Of a DNA stretch of 64,000 bases, positions 50,801 to 62,030 are shown one piece after another. Each line of letters begins with the position of its first letter. Position 1 is the stretch's first letter. The DNA is taken from contig JASTWF010000363.1 of NCBI GenBank assembly GCA_030390025.1, positions 310,001 to 374,000 on the forward strand, given 5' to 3'. The position numbers and the translations under genes were made by a program. Under the pieces are notes generated by a model. That model saw only the letters and a list, made by a program, of their open reading frames with translations, did not search any database and had not been told where the DNA came from. The stretch comes from Squalus acanthias. Lineage: Eukaryota.

Positions 50801-53800
50801 AATTTGAGAGTAATGCAAGTTAGCTCACTACATGTTCTGTTCAACAAGGTGGAGATGCGCTTCAATATAATCTTCTGTGCACGTGGTGTCACATTACAAT
50901 AATAAATAGAAGAGCTTTGTTGCAGGGTAGTGGCCCTTTCAAAATATGTAGGCTGTTTACATATATTTAAATTATTTTTGCGATATAACATATCTTTCAG
51001 GGAAAAGATAGATGATAAATACATTTGGTATGTCTTGGTATTTCAACATAGACATTTTGAAACATATGAAAGGTAACCATTATATTATGGTTTATATTGA
51101 GAATTTTGTTACACTGCAATGCATATTTTAGTAATTGGTTATTGGAATTCATTTTCTAGCTGAGGTATTAAGCTATTTTTTATAGCAGTTTCTGTTTGTG
51201 AAAAGAAAGATGAGCCTTTTCCTTTAAGCAGCTTTTAGATATTTAAGATGGCTTGATAATATTTCCTATTTTAATTGTTCATGAATTCAATTTTACAGAT
51301 CCTGTCCTGAATGTCGGATTACATCAAATTTTGTCATTCCTAGTGAATACTGGGTAGAAGACAAGGAAGAAAAACAGAAACTCATCAAGAAGTACAAAGA
51401 GGCAATGAGGTAAAATTAACAGAGACACTTTTCCAGACTGTATGCTGCTCACACTTATAATTACAGCTTCTCTTTCTGGTTTCTATATTTTCGATGTTTC
51501 CATATTTTTGGCCATATTTAATCTTTCTGTACTTCAACAAACCTGCTTTTTGGGGAGGAGATCAAAATTAAGGGCATCAATACTGGAGTTTCAGTTACAG
51601 AGAGTTGTGCAGTCTTTGCAACTCTTTGTCTGTAATTGTAATGCTGATAATGACATCAGTGACGGGCACCCAGGCTGGAATTTCCTCAATCTGATTACCG
51701 GCTTCTACGCCAATCTTGCTGACGGCACCTGAAGCCAACATTTTCTGAGAATCTCATCAGCACATGCCTGGACGTAAAAACCAGTATAAAAGAAGTGGAA
51801 ATCAGCCTAAACAATCTGGGCCCGAGGAAAGTACGGAATATGTGCTATCTTTAAGTTCCTTTTTATCTTTATGATAGGAAAATTCTAATCATTTATGTAC
51901 ATTAAGCAGAGCGTGTTTAAGAAACTGCAATTGTGGAAGCGCTTCTCTTTTAATGTAATAAATTCTTATGCCATAAATTATTTAAAGATACAAGAAAGTA
52001 CAGTGCTGGTCTCAGTAAGGAAAATTGCTATAAAACACCAGATATAGTGACTTTCAGTCATACCGTGGCTAAATTTTGGGCGTAACTTTACGTCCGTTCA
52101 GAACTAATGTAAATGCAGGAAACTCACGTTCTCTGGCCTGTTTCATTGAGGTGGGGCTATGTTAATGAGCTCAATGGGATTACAAAGGATGTAACTCGGG
52201 AGTGGTGCAATTATCGAGGAAATTCACGCATAGAGATGTTTCAGGGCAAAATCACTGTAAATCAGTTCTGCGAATTTCCTTGGAGAAAATTCAGCACATC
52301 TCTGCTCTTGCGCCATAAACTTTCCAGGAAATTCCGGGACACTATGGAGTCTAACCAAAACTATGTAATTTCCTGAGGAAAGGTTCTGCAAAATGTCTGT
52401 CTCCCCTCCTGACAAAGTAAATCAAGTAAAACCCCAGAAACGTTATCCAACTTCACGTTCTTCATGACTAACGGTTTGCTTTCTTGACGTGACATTTCCA
52501 TGCTCCTATTCCACTCAAAATTCATCTATTCCATTATTTATTCTTACAATCCTGAATATTAGTACCAATCAGAAAGGAATCCTGCTCTCATTGAAGGAAA
52601 TGAATACATCTGTAACGAAAATCCTCAATTCAACTTTTCCTATCAAATCCCAAACTGATTTTGGGTTGGGTAGAGGGCCAAATGCTATAATAAGCCCGTC
52701 ACATCTTCCTGTACCTTACATGGATATAAGTTCGTTTGTAGGAAGAGAGAGAACGACTTCCACAGTTGCCATTTATCTAAATTGTCTCATGAGTCAGCAA
52801 TCCAAGAATGGCTATGGCACTTTGCAGATATTATTTTTAAATTTCAAACAGAGTAATTTATTGTTTGTGGCACAGTGTGGTGTTGGTTTTAATGAGCTAT
52901 GACATTCTGGTAGAGTGTGGGCTCACACCTATGATTAACTTCTCTGTTTTTGCCAAGGGAAGTTATTCTAGGCTGACTTGGGAGTGAGTTGTTAGCTGAC
53001 ACTTAAATGGAGGGTAGTGTATGGTGGAGCATAGCCAAAAATGATTAGCGAAGAATCCGCTAAACATAAAACAAAAGCAAAATACTGCGGATGCTGGAAA
53101 TCAACGTAACATTATAAATATACTTGTAAATGATTAAATTGATTTAATGCTATTTTAAAGCAGGAGTTTTCAGTAAGTTATTCAATAATTATTTATCTTT
53201 TGCTCTGCAGCAACAAGGCATGTCGATACTTTGATCAGGGACGCGGCACTTGTCCCTTTGGGGGGAACTGTTTCTACAAACACGCGTACCCTGATGGTCG
53301 TCTGGAAGAACCCCAACCACAGAGGAAGCCAATTGGATCAATGGGTAGATATCGGGTAAGCAAATTACAATATGTTAAACAAGTGAGTTTTGATTAAGAA
53401 AGTCACCTTGTGCTATTGCTTTCATCTATGAGCTGTAAGTTGAACTAGTTATAGGGAGGTATCGTGGAACATCCTACAACAACTTTTTTTATATTTGGTT
53501 TCCTGGTGAGCTGTGCCACTTCATGCTTAGCTTTGTTTCCTTCTAATTAAATGATGTAGGGCAAAATTAAGATAGTTAGCAGAGATCTTCTTTACATTTG
53601 CTACTCCAGGTGTGATTTTGACACTTTTCATGTAAATTATGTATTTAGCATTGTTCTGGTTATTATGGTATAAATATATATAAACAATTGAAACCCCAAA
53701 TCTTAACAGGTTGAGATTGTTGGTAAAGTAGTACCAGAATTGTACTCTTTTGGAGATCTGATTGGATTGGAACTACTACTCAAACTCAATATTTCAAGTT

Positions 53801-54441
53801 GACTTGTATAATTAAATCGACCTGGTTTATACCAGAAGCACCCCCCACTGGTTTTTATGCTGTAATTTTGCGCCAGTACAACCTGGAGACAAAATTGAGG
53901 TTCAGTTTCTTTCCATTGGCCTCCTCCCTGCTCCATTGTTGCTTGATCTCTACTGTCTTCAAAATATGCACATGTACAAACAAAAGTGTGTCAGAACATT
54001 GCCTTGCTGAGAGCAAGTAGTCTTAAGGCGTGTCTGTACAGACTGAAAATATTGAGCCTGAACTAATCCTCTCGTTCCTCTGCAACTGTGGCATAAGCTG
54101 AAAGGAAATTTTTTGTCTAAAATAGTGGTCCTTTCAACAGCTAACAGTTATTTGGAGGTCAGTTCAATATTGCTGAGATGTTTGTTCAAGACATTTTTAA
54201 TTTGTTTACAATTACATACGTTTTGTCACAGAACCAACGAAGGACACATCTTTGGGATTTCATTGAAGAGAGAGAAAATGCTGATTCCTATGAAGATGAT
54301 GAAATGGTCACTTTTGAGCTTGGTGAAGTGCTGCTTATGCTTTTGGCAGATGGCCCTGATGACGACTTTTCAGATTCTGATGATGAGTGGGACTTGTTCC
54401 ATGATGAAATGGATGTTGATTACTATGAGTTTGACCTATAG
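23584..54441 (+). CDS. MKRN1: Makorin RING finger protein 1 (E3 ubiquitin ligase, RNA-binding), 5'-partial spliced CDS: join(23584..23828,39907..40133,44027..44241,51299..51409,53211..53355,54232..54441)
   Basis: Six exons (245+227+215+111+145+210 nt) have compatible phases and give one frame of ~383 aa ending in TAG. Order of motifs: PAM2-like motif, C3H1 finger, makorin Cys-His motif, C3HC4 RING, C3H1 finger, acidic tail ending [18 protein letters not shown], which resembles MKRN1 rather than MKRN2. Confidence 0.95.
29658..30010 (+). mobile_element. Deu-domain SINE (SacSINE1-like), 5'-truncated
   Basis: Clear homology to 14813-15137; ends GGCGCTATATAACCGCAAGTCTGTCTTTCTTT. Confidence 0.88.
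32780..33362 (+). mobile_element. CR1 LINE 3' fragment interrupted by a locally derived inverted insertion
   Basis: Similar to 23070-23516, but ~33095-33249 is non-CR1 sequence. Confidence 0.8.
33398..33501 (-). mobile_element. Penelope-like mini-insertion with 11-bp TSD
   Basis: CTCTCTAACTC at 33387-33397 and 33502-33512; shares sequence with 17262-17343. Confidence 0.8.
33444..33478 (-). ncRNA. Minimal type I hammerhead ribozyme motif
   Basis: Minus strand reads UAC-CUGAAGA-A-GGAGC-AGA-GCUCC-GAAA-GC-UC-GUA: core boxes, stem II, palindromic AGCU stem III, 3-bp stem I. Confidence 0.7.
33575..35440 (-). mobile_element. Degraded L2 LINE (ORF2 and 3' tail)
   Basis: Minus-strand remnants such as [18 protein letters not shown] and HKLELIQ; L2-type tail near 33575-33625. 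Confidence 0.85.
39111..39222 (-). mobile_element. Penelope-like mini-insertion (second family) with 13-bp TSD
   Basis: GATAAACCAGCAT at 39098-39110 and 39223-39235 brackets a 112-bp insert containing a hammerhead motif. Confidence 0.85.
39172..39208 (-). ncRNA. Minimal type I hammerhead ribozyme motif
   Basis: Minus strand reads AGUU-CUGAUGA-A-AGGUC-AUC-GACCU-GAAA-CG-UC-AACU: canonical core, 5-bp stem II, palindromic ACGU stem III, GUC cleavage triplet, 4-bp stem I. Confidence 0.8.
39907..40133 (+). CDS. MKRN1: MKRN1 coding exon (equivalent to exon 4): C3H1 zinc finger and start of the Cys-His motif
   Basis: Acceptor TTACAG|CT, phase 1 matching the previous exon; [37 protein letters not shown]...HIK; donor AAG|GCAAGT (GC type). 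Confidence 0.93.
42930..43545 (-). mobile_element. 3' end of a non-LTR retrotransposon, probably Vingi/Ingi-related
   Basis: Hand translation through stops: LKSRRPFW...[54 protein letters not shown], then after a frameshift EHISEHC (decayed CCHC knuckle). Confidence 0.65.
44027..44241 (+). CDS. MKRN1: MKRN1 coding exon (equivalent to exon 5): most of the RING finger
   Basis: Acceptor TTATAG|GCT, donor [42 protein letters not shown]...[26 protein letters not shown]. Confidence 0.95.
45965..46480 (-). mobile_element. Degraded L2 LINE fragment
   Basis: Similar to 33760-34110 (GAAGGAATTT...GAGATGA...GGAGCCAATGTA). Confidence 0.75.
46748..48125 (+). mobile_element. Degraded, internally deleted CR1 LINE
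   Basis: [49 protein letters not shown]1 3' UTR. Confidence 0.88.
48457..49026. mobile_element. Tigger4/pogo-like MITE with three TIR copies
   Basis: TA-CAGGTTGAGCGTCC at 48457 and again at 48895; GGACGCTCAACCTG-TA ending 49026; many internal TCCGGA palindromes. Confidence 0.85.
49583..49622. repeat. Short tandem duplication (19-bp unit, 21-bp period)
   Basis: TCAGCCAGTTAACCTTGTA occurs twice. Confidence 0.9.
49698..49780 (-). mobile_element. L2/SINE 3' tail fragment
   Basis: AACAACAACTTGTATTTATATAGCGCCTTT is reverse-similar to the SINE tail at ~15105-15127. Confidence 0.7.
51299..51409 (+). CDS. MKRN1: MKRN1 coding exon (equivalent to exon 6): end of the RING finger; absent from the ORF track
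   Basis: Acceptor TTTTACAG|A, donor [44 protein letters not shown]. Confidence 0.95.
53211..53355 (+). CDS. MKRN1: MKRN1 coding exon (equivalent to exon 7): last C3H1 zinc finger
   Basis: Acceptor CTCTGCAG|C, donor [43 protein letters not shown]. Confidence 0.95.
54232..54441 (+). CDS. MKRN1: MKRN1 last coding exon (equivalent to exon 8): acidic C-terminus and stop
   Basis: Acceptor [25 protein letters not shown]...[14 protein letters not shown]...YYEFDL then TAG. Confidence 0.95.
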   Translation, partial: NQRRTHLWDFIEERENADSYEDDEMVTFELGEVLLMLLADGPDDDFSDSDDEWDLFHDEMDVDYYEFDL

Positions 54442-56342
54442 CACCCATTGTGGATTTTGGACTGTCTTGTTCTTTGTTTTTTAGACAGTAGCTTTTCCTG
54501 TGTTGTGGCAGTGCCATATGTCTTAGGCAGGCCAGGCATTCTGGGTGCAGTTTCACTTTGGACGTTTGTGCAGAGTTCTTGTTGGTAGTGCATTAAAAGA
54601 AACTTGTTCCTTATGAAATATAAGTTAAATTAACTTGCTTTACTCAAGGTGATAAGCTGGAGGATAAATATAGCAACTGGCTGTATTTATTCATGTGGAA
54701 TAAGAGTTGAGTTTAGGTACTTGACCTAACATGGGTGTCTGTCCTTGGTGGTTATGAAAGTGATATGACCACTTGCATGCACAAAAGCCTGAAACCAACA
54801 AGGGACCATATACACCTTAATTCATCTGACAACTTGTGTTATTCCATACAATGCTCTCTCCACATAACTACATTTGTTTTTAAAGAGGGTGTCGTGCAGT
54901 CAGTGGCCTTTTTAAAAGTCAAAGTATAAAATAATTATGGTTAACAACCGTGGTTTTTTCCTGTCTTTCTATTTTTTTAATTTTATATAGTATACTAATA
55001 GAGCTCGGGAGAACCTGGGTTGGAGGAGCTACTGAGTCCAGCTTGTGAGGGAGCTGAATTACCTATACAGTGTTGAGATGACCAGACAGCTTTATTTCAG
55101 GACTTATTTGTTCCCACATGCTGTATGGCTCAGCAACTCCCTCCCAACCAATTCTCATCAATAACGTCATCAGCACTTGGTTTATACAAAAATATTTTTA
55201 AAATAAACTCAAATAGGTCAGAAAGAAAAGGATGTTAATCAGAATTATTTTCAGTTGTTCAATTTTGAAAAGAGATCCTACTGTTAAGATTCCCTCTTTA
55301 AGTATGTACCCTGTTTGAAAAGGTTGTTTGCCACGGTGAAGTGAATTGATGGTATTTATAAAAGCAAAACAAAACATAATATAGCACTACCAGATTCCAT
55401 ATGAAATGTGAGGTTAGCTGTTCCACATAACACAGTTGTTTTTTTATTTATTAACTATTGGCTGTTCTGACTGGCATTTCCGTGTTAGTTGGCTTATTTA
55501 AATCCTTCATCTAATCTAGATAAAAATAATGACAAAAAATTATGGGGTTACCAAAGTCTTGTTATTTATCCCTTTTTCATAAAAGTAGTCTCATTTTATA
55601 TCTTGTAACAGGTTTATCTGACTGATTTCAGTTCAGATTTCATTTGGACTCTAACATTAAGAATAGGGAGTTCTTGGTGATACTGACTTAATCTGCAGTT
55701 TGGGAATGGTCAAAGTGAGTCTTTCATAAAGTACCAAATTCATCAATTGCAGGTTAAGTGTGTAAATTTTCAGACTTAGGCAGATTAACTGCCACCATTC
55801 TCTCCTTTACAAATGCTCACCTGTTAACTAATTAAGATGGATTAGTTGAGTATGCTGTGAGTTATTAATGAACGAGATTCAGTCAAATGTACCTATTTCT
55901 ACTACCTTGTATTATAATATTTAAACTCCACATCCTCAGTCTCTGGCTTCATGGTATCTGCACAACATGAACTCATTTGCAGACTGAAAACTAGCATACA
56001 TGTTCCTATTCTCCTTTACAGGATATTAGGATTCAGTGAATATTTTTAATGGAAGCATGGGAATCTGAGTAATTGTGGCATGACTTGGATATGTGACAAT
56101 GCAAATTAGCCCTTTTTCCTCTTTGTGGAACTGCACGTGAGGTCTGAATTTGTGAAGAGGTTTGCTGTTGTGAGCCTAATCATCTTGGCAATGTAAGTGG
56201 GAGGGAATGATGTAGATTGCCAAAGCTGTTTGAGACCAGTTACCATACCTCTGGAAATGTAGCTGAAACAGATGCCCTTTAAACTGTCATATTACAAGTA
56301 TAAAACAGCATTTTTCTAAATAAATATCTTTTGCTCTAAACA
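54442..56342 (+). other. MKRN1: Probable MKRN1 3' UTR (~1.9 kb)
   Basis: AT-rich sequence with no recognised repeats after the stop codon, ending near an AATAAA plus downstream GU-rich element. The end point is inferred. Confidence 0.55.
56319..56324 (+). terminator. Candidate polyadenylation signal AATAAA
   Basis: AATAAA followed ~20 nt later by CA and TGTTGTATGTGTCCTGTGTGT. A second, proximal AATAAA is at 55202-55207. Confidence 0.55.
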
Positions 56343-56946
56343 ATGTTGTATGTGTCCTGTGTGTATCCTGGATTTGAAAAAAAAAGTCAAGATGCTTGTG
56401 TACTTAACAGGGATGATCTATAATACAACATACATTAAATGATGGGTAGAGTATCTCCATGAATTGACAAGATAAATAAGTAGGCAGATTTGTAATTAAA
56501 ACGGGGTAAGTAGCAGCAAGAGCCAAAAAGCTAGTTTATTTAAGTGTGCATCCTGATGTCTTAATGTCCAAAACCCATGGATGTTATAAGAAACTCTTCA
56601 GCATGGTATTTGTCATATGCTGTGCTGAAGCAATTTGTGCTCCATTTAATTGCTGTACTTCATGTTCGTTAACCACTGGAGTTAACAGTTCCACAAATTT
56701 ACGATCTTGCTTTTATGTTTTTAAAGCTGAGGTTGCACTCGAGCAGGTTTAGGAGTTAGAACACTGTCCTTTCTCCTCTGGGCTCTGGATTTGAATCTTG
56801 TCTGGACTGAAAGGATGGAAGTTTTCCCCTATCTTCCAACTGGAACAGCCCTATATGAAATTAATTCTAAAAGAGCATTAAGGGAACTATCTTAGCTGAT
56901 ATCACTTTAACCAATATTTAGTCCAAGAAGGAAAAGAAAAAGCATT

Positions 56947-58601
56947 GGCCGGAATTTTCTGGGGTGTCAGCAGGCGGGATCAGGCGGGTCAGGGGAAAGT
57001 CTTTTTTTTTACAGCGGGTCGGGAATGTGCCATTCCCAATGTCGGGTCTGTCAGCGCTGAGCAGACCCGACAGGCAGCAGCAGGCGACCCAATTAAACGC
57101 ATTATAATGTACTTAACAGACCCTTAACGGGCTTTTTTAACTTACTTTAACTTCATGGCCACTGGAATCACGCTGTTCAGGGACCATGTTTGTCAACCTG
57201 AGGCGGGAGTTCCGTGGCCATTGCTCCAGCTGATTACTTGACCACTTCAAATGTACAGGAAAAGCTCCCACCTGACAGATGATCAACTTTCCTCAGCCAC
57301 AAGCTGTTTCTCAGTCCATTTCCAGCACAGATTCTGCAGGCTTTTCACTTTCCACACTCCAGTATCACCTCATTGGAAGAACTCTCTCACCATTGACAGA
57401 TGCTTCTGTCATCTCTACTTCACATGCCATCTATTCTATCAACACGGGTGCCCTTTATACTGTCTCACCTTGGTCCTCCGAATCCAACCACGATCAGCCA
57501 CAGCACCAACAACAACACCAACCTTCTCCGCAATCACCTGATGCTGCACAGGACAGAGGGCATCGGCACCCGAGCACATTGCTGCCCAGGAGGCCAGGGA
57601 TGGCCTCACCATGGCCAGATTTACTTCACTTGATGCTGTACACCTTGGCTGCCACTACCCCACACCAACACCATAAAGCATCCCTACAATGTCCAAGCCA
57701 TTCCTTTCACACTCGCCACCAATGCGGGGGTACTGTTATGTCTTGCCATTCACTTCAACTCACTAAGTCACTTCCAAAGGTGCACACAAATCTGTCCAAG
57801 AATGCAAAGTGTTGAAAATAAAGGTTTCAATGTTTGACACCACATTAACAGAAACATGAACATGGGATAAAACACCCAAGTGGCTACCTGTGTGTGTTAG
57901 TTGGTATGATTGCACTAGGATGAGGCTAGTGAGATGGGGATGTGATGATGTAGATAGAGGGATGGGTGGAGGTCCAAGGTAAGTTGGTGTGAGTAAGAAT
58001 GTGCAGGAGCAGGGTAGGGAAGGCAGAGTGATGGGAATGTGATGAGGCACAGGATGATGAAGGTGAGTATGGCTTTGTACTAATGTTTTGTGATCTAATG
58101 AGATCATTTAAAAGTTTGCTCCACTGCACCCAGGTCCTCCTGACGACATCCCTGCTTCTGCCTTCCTGTGCCTCCGGGCAGGCTGTGTTGATCTCCTGGG
58201 GCGGTCTCTTCTGCCCATGGGAAGGGAAGAGAACCTCCCCGCGTGCTGTGACTCCCTCCATAAGCATATGGAGGGAGTCATGGAAGAACCTGGGTACAGC
58301 CCTGCATCTCTCTGCAGTGATTGTCAGTGTTTGCAGCACTACAATGCTGTAGAACACTGACAGCACAAACATCAAAAGTAAGTTGGCCATGGTCCCTTTA
58401 AGGAAACCGGCTGATGACTCATCATGAATGATGTCACCAGACCCGTTTCCTCTAATTGGGCCAGGAAATGTGCTGGGCGGGCTAAACAAGCCCTATCAAC
58501 GTAAATTCATTTTAGGCAGCGGGATGGAGCCATCAGCGGGGCCGCGACCCACCACCGACCTTGCCCGCACCAGACCTGCCGAGGTAAGCAAAATCCCGGC
58601 C
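56947..58601. mobile_element. PIF/Harbinger DNA transposon relic with a Myb/SANT-like gene remnant on the minus strand
   Basis: TIRs GGCCGGAATTTT / AAAATCCCGGCC; ORF 57926-58489(-) contains RAVPRFFHDSLHMLMEGVTARGEVLFP...VVRRTWVQWSKLLNDLIRS. No clear TSD. Confidence 0.8.
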
Positions 58602-58874
58602 AGAGGCACCAGTTTGGGCTTGGTTGACTAAGGTAGCTGCAAATGGCACCAAACTGAGGTGTAAATTGCATTCCCTTAATCCATTGTGCCAAGTTTTTTC
58701 ACCAGCACGTAATCCAGATCCAAGCTGGGACGAAGTTCTCTCGCTGTTCATTCAGGGAGCGATACCTGCCTTTGCTTAAGGATCTCCTCCAAGCCTGCTC
58801 AGTGCATCAGTCTGTGGTGGATGCTGTAAATGTTCCAAGGAAAGCCGATAATCTATGGGATCATTCTCTGCTAG

Positions 58875-60106
58875 TGTAGGGGGGGGTGGTGTGTGTCAGC
58901 TTCACCTGACTTCTGAGCGGTTCGAATCGCTCCCACTCCCTTGGTTCTAGACCTTGGACTTATTTGTGACAAAAGTGCAGCAGACAACTGGTTTTGGTGC
59001 AAGAACTTTGATCTTTATTCAAGAGAGAAAATACAACACAACAATCTTAACACTCTAATAAAATGGGGAACACTTCGATACACACGAGGGAAATTACATT
59101 AGAAGAATACCTCACCCCTCCCAATCCCACTTTACTAGCTAAGTTGGACTCTAGAGGACCAGGGATAATGCTCACCAAACAAATCCTTGACAGTTGAGCT
59201 GGTTCGCGGTTTCGGGGTTCACTGGATTGGATTTATCGGGTGAGTACCCACTTTTCCTCTGTTAGAGATAGGGTTTAGAGACTTTTTAAGTAAAAAGAAA
59301 AAAGTTTCGTAAGGCCCTTGTTGCTGCAAGGTGTCTGATGGTCACTGGAACTGTTGCTCTGGTCTCTTCTTGTGTGTTGACCTGCTTCTAGAACTGAACT
59401 TCTTCAAACTTGAACTCCTGAGAACTGCTGAACTTGCTGCTTGCTGAACTCCTTGCTGCTTGAACTTGTTTCTGTTGAACTGTGTACGGTTGTACTGGAG
59501 AACTCCTTTCTGTTTAGGACGGGCCTTCAATTATACCAATTGAAGCTTCCTTATCTGCGCGCCAAATTAGTCCTGGTTTATTGTAAGATTTTGGTGGGCT
59601 CATTAACAGTAACTTGTTTATGAATGTGTGAAGTGGTTTCGGGATGGTTCCATCCTGTCGATCTTCTTGCTTGATTGTAGTCAATTGTGCTCAGGTTTCG
59701 AGTTTCCTGACTGGGCCTGAGATTTCTATAGAGTGGGTCGAAGTGATCTGTTTTTGATGGGTCCTGTAATTTGGGTGGGGACTGCTCTTCCGTGGGTCTA
59801 TTGTTCGGATGTTAATGTCTGATAGGGGCTGAGTGATGTTAAACAGTTCCCCAGACAGTTTGATTAACTCCAATACTCAAACCGTCTATTACAGAGGTTG
59901 ACCCCAACTCCTGTTGCAGCCTTTTTCTTTACAAGCCCAAACATGCCTTTTTAAAATACCAAATCTTAGTTTTTGACCTTGAATCTCCCTCTGTTAGGCC
60001 CAATACATTTTATCACCCTGAAGTGGTTAGAAAAGAGTCCAAAGTCCTTTTCTTTAGGGTTTTTCTCCGAGTTTTGGGGGGATCTGTGAATTTTGAGAAT
60101 CTTACA
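58875..60106 (-). mobile_element. Solo LTR (1232 bp), Gypsy or ERV type
   Basis: CTAG|TGTAGG...CTTACA|CTAG: TG..CA termini with a 4-bp TSD; minus-strand TATA-like GGTATAATTG near 59530 and AATAAA at 59014-59019. Confidence 0.75.
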
Positions 60107-60269
60107 CTAGCCAGCATGGCTGTGCATTTTTATACAATAATTGCAGTAGCTCCTCCTAGATGTAGTTTAGTAGGAGGGCCCTCTTCAGTGAGAAAATCAA
60201 AGAGCTATTTGACAGCTCTAAGCTGCCACCGTTCAATGGCATTGCCATCGCTAAATCCCCCACCATCAC

Positions 60270-60918
60270 CATTGACCAAAAACTTAACTGGACCAGCCAC
60301 ATAAATACTGTAGCTACAAGAGCAGGTCAGAGGCTGGGTATTCTGCAGTGTGTCTCGCCTCCTGACTCCCTAAAGCCTTTCCACCATATATACAAGGCAC
60401 AAGTCAGGAGTGTGATGGAATACTTTCCACTTGCCTGGATGAGTGCAGCTCCAACAACACTCTAGAAACTCAACACCATTCAGGACAAAGCAGCCTGCTT
60501 GATTGGTACCCCATCCACCACCTTAAACATTCACTCCCTCCACTACCAGCACACTGTGGCTGCAATGTGTACCATCTACAAGATGCACTGCAGCAACTTG
60601 CCAAGGCTTATTTGACAGCACCTCCCAAACCTGTGACCTCTTCCACCTAGAAGGACAAGGGCAGCAGGAGCATAGGAACACCACTACCTCCAAGTCGCAC
60701 ACCATCCTGACTTGGAAATATATCGCAGTTCCTTCATCATTGCTGGGTCAAAATCCTGGATCTCCCTCCCTAACAACACTATGGGAGTATCTTTACCACA
60801 TGGACTGCAGCGGTTCAAGAAGGCGGCTCACCACCACCGTCTCAACGGCAATTAGGGATGGGCAATAAATGCTGGCCTTGCCAGTGACGCCCACATCCCA
60901 TGAACAAATGGAAAAAAA
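60270..60918 (+). mobile_element. 3' end of a CR1/L2-group LINE (different family from the main CR1)
   Basis: Coding remnants (ACAAGGCACAAGTCAGGAGTGTGATGGAATAC, YKAQVRSVMEY) and 3' end GCCCACATCCCATGAACAAATGGAAAAAAA. Confidence 0.75.
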
Positions 60919-61429
60919 TTGAACCGTTGAGCGATTCCCAGATTGACACTTTCAGGATTTTCCATCAATGGTCAGGCTTTCCTGTTGAGAGGCTTTATCC
61001 GAAGTACAGCTACCATTCTGTGCCTTGAAACAGGGCTTTATGCATTCAGCGTGTTCTTCTAGATCTGGATGTAGTCCAATGAGTGATTGACATGTTACCC
61101 TAAGGAGCAGGCCCGAACACATTCCCTGCCTCCCCTTCCTACAGAGTATTCAAGTGAAAGGCCATCTTCACAGTTTCCAAGTAGCAATACTTCAGAACTA
61201 TATGGGATGCATCATTTTGTTACTTGTGCTCAGGAGACCATCAGCAAAGGATGCCCTTAGATTTTGACAAGCCCCTGTCTTTTGTGGTGTGGTTCACTGA
61301 CTATCTGAGGGGTCCTCCACTCGTGGAAATATGGCAACAAGGTAGATGATCTTTTGCCATTTGTTGCAATCAAACAGATTAACAGAGGGACTGTGACATT
61401 TATGCAGCAAGCCTCCCATTAAAGGTGTC

Positions 61430-62030
61430 AGTGCTAGCTGCTTCAACCACTCCATGTGGCAGCGAGTTCCACCTTCACATCACTCTCTAAAGAAATTCCT
61501 CCTAAATTCTTTATTTGATTTGTTACTGGATATCTTACATTTAGGCCCCCCTTGTTCTGGACTCACTCACAAGTGGAAACAGTTTATTCAAGTCGACCTA
61601 TCGAACTCCTTCATAACGTTAAAGACCTCTATCAAGTCTCCTTAGTCTTTTCTCTTTTCCAGAGAAAAAAGTCCTAGCCTGCTCAATCTTTCCTGAAAGT
61701 TGCATCCTTTCAATTCTGGTATCATCTTTGTAAATCTTTTTTGTAGTATGGAGACCAAGTGTGGTCTAACCAAGGTTCCATATAAATATAACAATACCTC
61801 CCTGCTTTTGTATTCTGTTCATCTAGAAATGAACCCCAGTATTTTCTTTGTACCCTTTATGGCCTTATCAACTTGTTTTGCTGGTTTTAGCATTTTATGT
61901 ATCTATTCTCCAGATCTCTGCTCTACCCCATTTAGATTCTTACCTTCCAAAGAATAAGTGGCCTCCTTATTCCACAAAAATGAACCACCTCACATTTTGC
62001 TATACTGAATTTCATTTGCCATTTATCTGC
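61430..62030 (-). mobile_element. Degraded CR1 LINE fragment
   Basis: Reverse similarity to the CR1 ORF2 C-terminal region at 4800-5440. Confidence 0.8.

Noticed and set aside
53068..53102. Possible third Penelope/hammerhead copy
   Set aside because: Only a ~35-bp terminal-like fragment is present, with no hammerhead core or clear TSD.
54113..54484. Overlapping alternative-frame ORF over the last MKRN1 exon
   Set aside because: The Met-rich translation is a by-product of GAT/GAA-rich acidic codons read in another frame.
57279..57815. 178-aa ORF with a Gln/His/Pro-rich segment
   Set aside because: It lies inside the Harbinger relic, is low complexity and has no recognisable domain.
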